From Octopus vulgaris (Eukaryota), in assembly GCA_951406725.2 (NCBI GenBank), contig OX597830.1:2728001-2792000 (forward strand): a DNA stretch of 64,000 bases, written 5' to 3'. The notes beneath the pieces are model-generated. The model saw nothing but the letters and a program-made list of their open reading frames with translations, was not told the origin of the DNA and made no database searches. Both the position numbers and the translations under genes were made by a program. Below are positions 11,698 to 22,448 of this stretch, piece after piece; within the stretch, counting starts at the first letter, position 1; each line of letters begins with the position of its first letter.

Positions 11698-12197
11698 CAC
11701 TACATATACCATCAACTCCCTCCTCCTTCTTGTCATTGTCATCGTCATCATCATCATCATCGTTGTCATCATCATCGTCGTTATCATCATCGTCATCATC
11801 ATCATCTATATGTCTACATCCACCTTCAATGCTGGTTTAAGCTAGCATGATCACTATGGTCTCAGTCAACTTTTATTCAGTGTTCCTCTTCCCCTCCATG
11901 GGTCCAATCTCTCACACTTCACTTGTCGGTTCCATTTTCGACTTGCTTTCTATGACTGAATGACCTTTCTAACACCAAACACTTTACATAGTGTATTAAG
12001 TGCATATTTATTGTGGCACCGGCACCAGAAAGGGCCATTAACCATCAGCAACACTGAAGGTCCCCTCTTCTTTTCCACTTTATCTCTACACATCATAGAA
12101 GTGAAATAGGATTGATATCTGTTTAGGTGTTAAATCTAATTTTGTCAGGCAAATATATTCTAATCCAACTAAAATCAAAGAACCTCTAAGTCTAGAG

Positions 12198-14305
12198 CAA
12201 GGGTTCCCAGCCCTTTTATTTAAATGAGTTTTCCAAAGAGCCCCTTTTAATATGCTTGGCAAATGAAATAAGTATAAAAATGTACATTATCCATTTAATT
12301 AAAAAATTCTATATGTGGCTGAAGATCATATATTTCGACATTTTAAAACTGATGTAATACTGAGATGCTTAAAACATCTGGTGGTGTGGGCTATGGCCTA
12401 GTCAACCACATTGTAAACCAGGTAGTTCATAATGGAGTCATACCCAATGACTCCCTTATCTGGTGGGCAATGTGGAAACTGGAGATTGACGAATGATTAA
12501 TAAGGGCTGTACAGGCCCTATACAGAGAGGCTGTCAGCAAGGTTAGGATTGGCAATGAGTATAGTGAAGAATTCCGGGTAGAAGTAGGTGTCCACCAAGG
12601 TTCAGCCCTCAGTCCCCTTTTATTCATCATAGTCCTCCAGACAATAACAGAGGAATTCAAGACCGGTTGCCCCTGGGAGCTCCTCTATGCTGATGACCTG
12701 GCCCTCATACCAGAATGACTACCGGAAGTAGAAAATAAATTTCGAGTGTGGAAGCAAGGTTTAGAATCAAAAGGCCTTAGAGTAAATGTAGCAAAGACCA
12801 AAGTTATAGTAAGCAGAAAGGCGAACTCATCACACACATCCTCAGGCAGGTGGCCCTGCTCGATCTGTAGGAAACATGTAGGTAGAAACTCCATAAGATG
12901 TACCCAGTGTAAGCTATGGACACATAAGAGGTGCAGCAACATCAAAGGAAAATTAACTGATAAGATAGCTTTCATGTGCGGCAGATACACAGGGGCAATA
13001 GACACCACAGATACTCAGAAAACAGATTCCATCTCACTCCAGGGGAAGAAACTAGAAGTTGTTGATAGTTTCCGCTACCTGGGTGACCAAGTTAGTAGTG
13101 GAGGTGGATGCTCAGAGAGTGTCACCACTAGAATACGAATAGCCTGGGCAAAGTTTAGAAAGCTCCTACCCCTACTGGTGAAAAAGGGTCTCTCGCTCAG
13201 AGTGAAAGGTAGATTGTACGATGCATGTGTGCGAACCGCTATGCTTCACGGTAGTGAAACATGGGCCATGACTGCAGAGGACATGCATAGACTTGAAAGA
13301 AATGAAGCTAGCAGGATCCACTGGATGTGTAATGTCAGTGTGCACACATGACAAAGTGTAAGCGCCCTGAGAGAAATGCTGGACATAAGAAGCATCAGAT
13401 GTGGTGTGCAAGAGAGACGTTTGTGCTGGTATGGTCATGTACTGCGGATGGATGAGGAGAGATGTGTGAAGAAGTGTCATTCCCAAACAGTTGCAGGTAT
13501 CAGGTGGAGAAGTAGACCCAGGAAGACATGGGATGAGGTAGTCAAACATGACCTCAGAACATTGGGCCTCACAGAGGCAATGATGGAAGACCGAGATCTC
13601 TGGAGATATGCTGTGTCTGCAAAGACCTGGGCTGCTTCCTCCAACAGTTTTGTATAGCCCCAGCCCATCGAAAGTACCTTGGATTGCAGAACGACCTGCT
13701 GTGCTTACCTTGAATCGTAAGGTGACCTGCTGTGCTTGAGGTGACCTATTGAGTCAAGTACATCAACATCAGAATAAATATCAAATGGAAACTAGTTGCG
13801 ATACCTGTGCCGTTGGCACATGAAAAGCACCATCCGAACATGGCTGATGCCAGCGCCGCCTTGACTGGCTTCTGTGTCGCTGGCATGTAAAAAGCACCAA
13901 CCGATCATGGCCGCTGCCAGCCTCCCCTGGCACATAAAAAACACCCACTACACTCATGGAGCAGTTGGTGTTAGGAAGGGCATCCAGCTATAGAAACACT
14001 GCCAGATCAGACTGGAGCCTGGTGCAGCCTCCTGGCTTCCCAGACCCCAGTTGAACCGTCCAACCCGTGCTAGCATGGAAAACAGACGTTAAACAATGAT
14101 GATGATGATGATGTAATACTTACAGTGTTTAATAAAATGAAGTAGCATGAAACGATTGTACTACACTACCTTGGATATCCTTGTTGCTTATTTTGATTAT
14201 GTATATATATGTAAATATATATGAAATTTTGAATTTAGTGCCTGGACCCCAGTACTACCTTTGCAGACCACCAGGGGTCTATGAATTCCAGGGTAGGAAC
14301 CACTG
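12198..14305. mobile_element. Old hAT (Charlie-like) MITE interrupted by an RTE insertion
   Basis: Imperfect TIRs CAAGGGTTCCCAGCC / GGGTAGGAACCACTG; 8-bp TSD-like GTCTAGAG / GCCTAGAA. Confidence 0.45.
12362..14113 (+). mobile_element. 5'-truncated, internally deleted RTE LINE with RT motifs, 3'UTR, (GAT)n tail and 12-bp TSD
   Basis: EMLKTSGGVG..IPND, GVHQGSALSPLLF, LLYADD (~12680-12697), FRYLG, RLCWYGHVLRM; TSD TGATGTAATACT at 12350-12361 and 14109-14120. Confidence 0.95.
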
Positions 14306-14529
14306 GCCTAGAAAGAAAAGGCAAACAAGAGAAAGAGAGAGAGGGGAAAGAAAGGGGGAAAGAGGGGTGTCTATTATAATTGCAACTCTGCTAAAGGAAC
14401 CCAAGGGGCAGGAAGAGGTGTCAGACTGGGAGACAGCTTCAGTCTACCCCTCGTAGGGCGTCAGTGGGATGCAAACGCCAAGCACAAAAAGCTGGAACAA
14501 ATAATACAAAGTAGCAATGGAACATTCTA

Positions 14530-14670
14530 GCAATTCTATACTAGACTGGTAAATTATTTATCAACCCCAAGGAGGATGAATCATAAAATTGACATGGGTA
14601 AGATTTGAGTCCAGAATCTAAGAGAGAGTGTTTTGTCTAACACTCTACTGGCTCTACCATTTTGCCAGAA
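14530..14670 (-). mobile_element. Degenerate SINE family B
   Basis: ACTGGTAAATTATTTATCAACCCCAAGGAGGATGAA similar to the 11460 copy. Confidence 0.55.
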
Positions 14671-14712
14671 GATCTGATATCAAAGCACCAATAATCAAAT
14701 AATATTATCTAT

Positions 14713-15165
14713 ATGGTGTAAGGTGTGATTGTATGGTTAAGAAGTTTGCTTTCCAATCATACAGTTTTGGGTTCAATCTCACAACACAGCACCATGGATA
14801 ATTTCTTTTCTATTGTATTCCTGGGGCAGAAAAAAGCCTTGTGAATGGGTTTAGTAGATGGAAAGAGTAAAAAGCCTATTGAGTGCATGTGTGTGTGTGT
14901 GTGAGTGTGTGTGTGTGAATGTGTGTGAGTATGTGTGTGTGTGAGTGTGTGAGTGTGTGTGTGAATGTCACCCTGCCATTGTCTTGCCATCATGCTATGG
15001 CTGTGAACAAACGTCCATATCATACAAGTGCTGTCATTCACTTCCAATCTTCCATGAATAACATGTCTCATCATGGAGAAAATAACACCTTGTTCAGAAA
15101 CAGGTGAAGGAAAAGACCACCTCAGCAAGTTGCATCTGATCCATGCAAGGTGCTTGTTGAAATGA
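14713..15165 (+). mobile_element. Diverged SINE with family A head and a different 3' half ending in (GAT)n
   Basis: A/B-box-like head (GGGTTCAATCTC), AAAGCCTTGTGAATGGGTTTAGTAGATGGAAA, internal (TG)n, ATCCATGCAAG..(GAT)n end. Confidence 0.65.
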
Positions 15166-15430
15166 TGATAATGATGAAGATGATGATGATGGGGACAAGG
15201 AGGAGAAGTAGGAGGAGGGTAGTGGTGGTGGTAATGTTTGTGGTGGCGGTGATGATGATGATGATGATGATGATGGTGGTATATTTCCTGCTCTCCATCA
15301 ATCCTACAGGATTTGTTTCAAAATTCTAGTTCTGTGTGATTTCTTTCCATGCCACCCACCTAATAAACTACAATTATTTACGAATTTACAAATCTCCACT
15401 GCCCTCTCACCCCTCTCTTGCCCATCCCCA

Positions 15431-15472
<42 letters not shown>

Positions 15473-15854
15473 TCTCTCCCTCCCTCTCATTCTCACTCAG
15501 TTCTTTTTTCTTCTCTTCACTGAAGGACAGTTGAGATTTCCTTTATAGAACTGGAATTGGTGGAAAACCAGGTGCTTGAAACACATTACACTTTTCAATA
15601 TTTGGAACAGTTGCCAAATGAAGCCACTGACACAAAGAGATAGCCGAGCCATTGCCAAATTTGGAGCAGTTGGCATTGTTACCAAAAACATAACATATTA
15701 CCGCCAGTGAATCACCATAATCATTCCAAGGAAAATAAATTATATTTATTCCAAGTTAAGACAAATAAATTTCAATGTTAAATTAGGTGAGATGCTGATG
15801 ATAGTGTTAATTATTACGTTGATTAAGAGGGGAAAGTCAGTGGTGGTAGTGAAG

Positions 15855-15916
15855 AAGATGATGATGATGATGATGACGACAACGACGACGATGATGATGA
15901 AGATGATGATAATGAC

Positions 15917-15962
<46 letters not shown>
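15855..15962. repeat. (GAT)n trinucleotide tract
   Basis: Direct reading. Confidence 0.95.
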
Positions 15963-16429
15963 GCAGTGCTGACAATCTAGCTTCTACGTCGTAACCTACA
16001 GCCCTGTAACAGACTTGCCACCAACAGAGTGAAATTCTGATGGGAGGGGCATCCAGGAGACAAAGACAACAGCCAAACAAGAGCCTCTTCGGGGAACCAG
16101 GGAAATTGATGCTTGAAGATTACTGAAGGATGCTGCAGAGGTTATGACCGGATGAGAGAAGGTAATGAAGAAACAGAGAGAAAAAATCGGATGAGAACCC
16201 TGCTGGAGGACATAGATAAGTGTTTGTCAAAGTGAGGGTCATAAGAAAATTCAAGGGTTCTGCAAAGGAAGGTTTCTGTTAGTAAAATTAAATAAATATT
16301 TATTTTATGAAAGAATGGTATTCATTATTATAATTTTTCATGTTATTTAAAAAAATTTTTCTTTAAGGAATAAATTCTTTCTTTGAAACAGGTTTTTCGT
16401 TTTTCAGTTTTGATATTGGAATCAAGGAA

Positions 16430-16620
16430 TGTAGTGGTTTGGCAGAGCTATTCACACATTTTCATGTTCTGAGTGAAAATTCTGCCAAGGTTGACTTTTC
16501 CTTTCATCTTTCTGGGGTCAATAAAATAAGTACCAGTTATGTACTGGGGTCAATGTAATCAACTTACTGCCTCCCCTGAAAATGCTGGCCTTGTGCCAAA
16601 ATTTGAAACCAAAATTAGAA
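16430..16620 (+). mobile_element. SINE family B copy
   Basis: GTTGACTTTTCCTTTCATCTTTCTGGGGTCAATAAAATAAGTACCAG. Confidence 0.75.
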
Positions 16621-16740
16621 TTAAGGTAGCAGAGAGTTGTGTCTGAAATATAGTAAATATAGATGTTGAGATCTTGGCGAAAATTGTGGTTCCACACCAA
16701 AATAAGTGAGTGTGAAAACAACTGATGTAAAGAAGAGTTA

Positions 16741-17141
16741 GGAGTAAAGATTACTTGCCAACATAACATGGCAGTCCTGGTTTAGGACGAATGTTGCTGT
16801 AATTTAGCCCCAGGAGACATCCTCTCCATCTGGCTATACAACACGATCTGTGTCCTTATATTTTCAAACAAGGCAATCTCGCACCCCCACTCAGCTCAAA
16901 ACAATATCTGTGTATCTCGATTTCCGGGTTATTTCCCTTCATCAGCACAGAATAAATGTTTAGCTAGAGGTGGCGCTGCCAAATTCCCATTCGAAATATA
17001 TAGTTTTCCCTTGTTCGAAAATGTAAGGACACAGATCGTGTCATAAAGCCAGCTGGAGAGGATGTCTCCTGGGGCTAAATTACAGCAACATTCGTCCTAA
17101 ACCAGGATGGCCATGTTATGTTGGCAAACAATATTTACTCC
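16741..17141 (-). mobile_element. Penelope-like non-autonomous element: 133-bp inverted repeats flanking a hammerhead motif
   Basis: 16741-16873 is near reverse-complementary to 17009-17141; the spacer holds a hammerhead motif; arms are homologous to 33560-33695 and to the 5785 hairpin. Confidence 0.75.
16907..16951 (-). ncRNA. Minimal type I hammerhead ribozyme motif
   Basis: TCTGTG-CTGATGA-AGGG AAATAA CCCG-GAAA-TCGAGA-TA-CACAGA: 6-bp stem I, intact CUGAUGA and GAAA boxes, AUA triplet; first stem II pair mismatched. Confidence 0.75.
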
Positions 17142-17314
17142 AAAATACTGTTGTGAGATTTAAAAATAGTAATTTTCTAAAGAAGAGTTAATTACAAAGT
17201 GATAATGATAATGACTGGTATTCCTTCGTTTAGTAAATGTTTTCAGTAATTGGATTATGGCCATAGTTGAGTACTGCTTTCCTGGGTTTAGTAATTGATA
17301 TCGGCCCCCGACCA

Positions 17315-17525
17315 GGATGGTGGATTTGCAGAATATTTAGAAAATTGGAAAGAAGGCAGTGTTTCTGCCAGATCTTTACATTCTGAGTTGAATCCCATCA
17401 AAGTCAGTTTTGCCTATCATACTACCTACCAGGGCTGATAAAAATAGAATACTAGTTATATACTTGGGTCAATATAACTCATTGTTTCCCTCCTCTCAAA
17501 TTTCTGGCCTTGTGCCTGTATAATA
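17315..17525 (+). mobile_element. Degenerate SINE family B
   Basis: TTCTGAGTTGAATCCC..TTTGCCTATCAT..GGGTCAATATAA..GGCCTTGTGCC. Confidence 0.55.
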
Positions 17526-20489
17526 AATCCCCCCATCAACCACAGCTACATGGTTGTACGCTTCGTTTCACACATAAGACAACAGTGTGTGATTTGCAGC
17601 AGACTTGGCTGTTATACGTAATAGCAGGAACAACCACAATAATAAAGAGTCTTCTTCATTGGTTTTGAGACAACAGAAAGTTCTGAGACCAACGAGATAC
17701 ATTACAATTTACTATAAAACAAATATTTTTATGATAGTGTAGTTAACTTAAAGAAAAGGTGATTATCTAAATGAAATCAAATTTTACATCTACCAAGACA
17801 ATACTTTCATTAGATTTTCTAATAATATTATTCTAATTATATAGAATAGAGTAAATTACCAGTTCGCTCTTCGATACATTACAGAGGACTGGAGCAGAGA
17901 GTAATTACTGCAAATATTTCCCATTATCTATGTCATTACTTTCACTCCCTTGCTGTGTGTGCATGTGTGTGTGTGTGCGAGCACATATATAAAACTCAAA
18001 TTCACTGCCTCTTTTTCTGTTTTTATATACCACAATTTTAATGAACCAGTTTATTTTGGTGATAGAATATTACTTGAAATGAGTTCTAGTTCATTTCTGG
18101 GTACTAGAACCCAGAAAAGAAAAAAAATGCTGCTGAATATCTATCAACATAGAAAAGTAATTTTCAGTTTTTCATAAACAGGAAACATTTCATGAACAAC
18201 ATCAGCACAAACATTCAGACATAAACATCAATAAAGAATAACAGATAGACATCTTGTCAATTTACTCTATCTCATGTCTATGATCCCACTACAGTGTGTT
18301 TATAGTTTGCATTGAGTCTATTACTTGGAATTTCTATTGATTTTTTTTTTATAGCAGGTAGGGACATTAATAAATGAATCAGAGATGTTACAATCAAAAT
18401 CCATTTTTGCTGACAGGAGTAATGGATACAGGCTTTGTTTACATTTCTTCTCTTCAACTATTTTCAACTGAAAAACTATTTTAAAATGTAAATTATCTGA
18501 TATTCAGCAATCTCTTAGATATATCTATTGAAAAATGTTCATTTAGTATGCACCATACATGTATGTATGGTGCTGTAATGCTGGTTTTATTGGTAGAGTT
18601 GTAAATAACTTTAGCCATGATCATCTTAGTGAAATTCCATGTGGTGTAAGGTGTAAGTTTGAAATGTATTCTTAATAACACTATGTCAGTAAGTAAAAGG
18701 GGATTCTGTTTGTCATAATAGAGGAAAGAAACCAGTTGGTGCTTTAGACTGGAAGAGACAGAATGAATGTAGGAGAAAATGTTTAAAAAGAAATCTTAAA
18801 TGATCCTCTATATTAATAATACCGCATATGTATGTGGGGTGTGGTCCCTAAATATGTCTGGCCAACGTCTATATGAATTGCTTTATTGTTTAGACAGGAG
18901 GGAAAGAGGGTCAGTGTGAATGGCCCTTTTCAGGGTCTATAGGAGACAGAGAGAAATGTAGCCTCAAACCAAAGACATGGTTTGAATAGTTGCAACACTG
19001 TGGACTCTGCAGTCGAAGCATTAAAGAATTGGGTGTGGGCATTAAACTAGGATTAACCCAACTCCCCCAGTAAGCCATAGCAGGATTTGAACCCAGAATG
19101 CAAAGATCAACAACAACTAGAATAAGACACTTGTCAGATGCACTCACCTAAAAGATGATTTATTGGTCTTGGAAGAATAAACAGCAGAAATGATATCGGT
19201 GATATTCAAAACTAGAAAACCAAAAGGCGTATCAAATATCATGAGGCATTTCTTCCAAATCTTTCTCCATTTCTAATGCCAACCATTTTACAGAAGTGTG
19301 TTGGTATATTCTATTGTACCACTGACACTTGAGAGGCAACCTGTGGTGAGATGTGATGGTCATAGTCGGAATACTTTTAATCATAAGCCTAGCAATCAGG
19401 GTTAGCCTAAAGCTAAGCAGTAACAACATGAAGAATTGTAATAAAACAATAAATAACATTCGTTTGAGAATAAACTAGATAAAAATAATTTTGGAATGTT
19501 GCACAAGTAAGGAATACACCAGCAAAAGAATGGTTTTTCTTCTCGTAAACAAGGTGACAGAATTAGAAGGTAACAGCATTACTTCATGGTTCACGGCATA
19601 CCACTAATTTATTTCGAAGAAAATTGTGGGCAATTATTTAATTATGAGACAAAAGCATTTTATATGCAGTTGCCAATTACAATTTTTGTAGGTCTTTTTT
19701 TCTTTTTTCTTTTGCGGAAATACTTCAATATTAATTTCTTTCATAGAGAAAATTTGAACTGACAAACTGATGCTCAATGATGCGAAATAAAAGAGAAATG
19801 AAATAATGGTGTGTTCTAAGTGGAAATTATGGATGCATTAGTTACTGAAAATTAGATGTGATGTTAATTACACATCTAAAAATGTCACTTAATGACAAAA
19901 CAATCAAAACTACAAATAATGATATGTTGCTTTTGCAAGTTGGCTCAAATTTAGTTTGGACATAATACAAAATATTGACAACTGACAAAGAATACGTCTT
20001 GAGATTATACTAAACTCTTTGACAGCAGATTTCATATTGCCACTCTGTGACAACCTGACAGTTTTGAAGCAGAAACGATGGTACGAACTTTTTTTCTTGA
20101 GATAGAACAGTTGCACAAAATTCAATACTGGGAAATCATAATATTTATAAATATGCTGTTATGGTGGGCCATTGCTGCTCTCCACTTGCAACAACATCTA
20201 CTACTACTACTACTACTGCTGCTGCTATTACCATTGCTGCTGCTGCTGTTGTTGTTATGCAACAAGACGGGTAAGGGTGATTAGGTGATGGTCTCGGGCC
20301 TTAGGGGCGGGAGACCCCAGACCTTGGAAAAGAAAACTTTGGTCATCTTGTTGTAGTCGAGGGCTCTTCATTGATGCCTGACACCTGTGGGAGGTGGCCC
20401 TCGAAGTCACTGGAAATGAAGATCTCCAGGTCCAAATTCTTGAACGGCTGCTGTTGCTGCTGCTGCTGCTCTTATTGTTGTAGTTATTA

Positions 20490-20620
20490 GCTAGCATATT
20501 TTTTAGAGCATTGGATAAAATGTCTTGTGGCATTCTTTCAGGCTCTTTACATTCTTCGCTGGAATCCCACCAGGGTCGAATTTGCTTTCATCCCTTTAGA
20601 ACTGATGAAATAAAAAACCA
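20490..20620 (+). mobile_element. Partial degenerate SINE family B
   Basis: GGTCGAATTTGCTTTCATCCCTTTAGAACTGATGAAATAA. Confidence 0.5.
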
Positions 20621-20729
20621 AGGCATTTCTACTTTTGTAGGCTCATGGGTGCTGGTACCATATAAAAGCAGCTGTGCCAATGCCAGGTACAAGCTCCCAT
20701 TACCAGTGCCACATAGAAACACCTGCATT

Positions 20730-21297
20730 CTTGACCAGAAGATGTGGTACCCACCAAGCAGAAATCTTCATCATGTCAAGTTCACTGTGCAGAGTATTCT
20801 CAACCCTCTCATGGGATATGCTAAAAGCATTGGTTATTTGATTTATAGTCAATTACCTGTCCTCCATCAGCATGTGGTGAATATGATTGATGTTTTCCTC
20901 AGTGGTGGTAGTTGCAGGACATCTAGACCAGACCTTGTGTCATCTTCAAGTCCTCGACTCTCTCTCATGTAAATTCAGTTACCCACTTTTGCATTGTTGA
21001 TAAAGCTGGAGCATCATCCTCTACTGTAGCAACCATGTCAGCAAGAATGCCATAGGGGACTAAAAGCCTTTTTCTGCAGGAACTTGATAAAACCACGATG
21101 CCAAATTTGGTACATCTTCAAGAGACGCTGCTACTAATTACTTTTGAAGTGTTCTTTGAACAGTCAGATGTCAGTTTACCTGGAAAGAAGCAACAAGGTT
21201 ATTAATACAAAGCATTGAAATTAATGCCTGCAAGATTTCACAGTTCTAACATTACTCCTTCATAGCCAGCCTATGAACTTCCCCACCCACCCTCATA
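20730..21297 (-). mobile_element. Mariner transposon 5' half (left TIR plus N-terminal HTH region), pseudogenised
   Basis: TA-TGAGGG start; minus-strand remnants ADMVATVEDDAPALSTMQKWVTEF, LEDD.RSG, TTTEENINHIHHMLMEDR and KISAWWVPHLL (mariner WVPHxL motif). Confidence 0.85.
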
Positions 21298-21689
21298 ATA
21301 GATATTTGCCCAAGGTACCACACAGTAGGAGTGAATCTGAAATCATGTGTTGCAAAATAAACTTTTTAACAACATAAGCTCTTTCTATGCTTACAACAGG
21401 AAGAACAACCATACAGCAAACAACTTGCTCTAAGTCCTTTAACTATTTGCATAACGACCTTATATAAATAGTTTTTAATGATATTTCAATAGTTTGATAT
21501 CCAACTTTCTTAGAAATATTTCATAAAATAAATGAGTGGGAGGTGACTTTATAAATATCACTCACTGAATGAATGTTGTTTGCCATGAGTGATGGTGTAG
21601 ATGTTGTGTGATTGAATGGGGCTGACAATCAGAACTGGAAATGTAAACAATGAAATTAGCTTAGTGGAAGGTGAAACTGTTACAGGTGA

Positions 21690-21900
21690 GAGAATTTAAT
21701 CTCCTGCAGCAGTTTTAATATAACAAAACTTACTGAATGATTTTTTTTTTATATTGAACTCAAAGAATTCAAATTTGAATGTTAAGTTTCGGATACAATT
21801 CTAATTCCTGCAGCAGTTTCATTGCAACAAAATCTACTGACTTAAAATATTTTTGATTTTAATATTGACACCAAATAATTGAAATTTAAATGATTAATAT
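21690..21900. repeat. Diverged tandem duplication, unit about 105 bp
   Basis: TCCTGCAGCAGTTT...AACAAAA...TACTGA...ATATTGA...AAATTT occurs twice (~21702, ~21806). Confidence 0.7.
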
Positions 21901-22228
21901 GTGAGCAAGAAGAAAAAGTTGAAGGTCATTATTTTAGAATATTGAACTTCGTAAGCATTCCAAAGTGTCAGAGTTTGCAGTTAGTATACTAGAACTAGCA
22001 GAACGTTGATTAATTGTCCTCATTCACCAGACTCTTTTTCCTCAGGACCAATTTGATCCAAATAACTAATTAACCCCAAAATATCAATTTTTTACATTTT
22101 GTCTCCAAAAATATAAAATCGGCATCAGTAGTCGTTAAAGTCGTTCTTGTATCAATACCTTCTGAAAATGGTAATTCTGTTTGAAGAACCTGGTTTATCT
22201 GGATATGCTGATATTTAAATACCACTTT

Positions 22229-22448
22229 GTTGTGTCTGGAGAGAGACATTCTCTTTCGGTGCCTTATAATTTAACACACTCACCGGTAAAATTTCCACTT
22301 TTTTATTTTTCTAAAATTTTCGCTTTATTGAAAGGGTTGCAAGATGCAATGAAAATTTCTAGGAAAATAAAAAAGAAAGAAGTGGAAATTTTACTGGTGA
22401 GTGTGTTAAACTATAAGCCACCAAAAGAGAATGATTCTCCCCACAACA
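22229..22448. repeat. Palindromic MITE-like element, arms about 95 bp
   Basis: TTTAACACACTCACCGGTAAAATTTCCACTT versus AAGTGGAAATTTTACTGGTGAGTGTGTTAAA. Confidence 0.85.
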
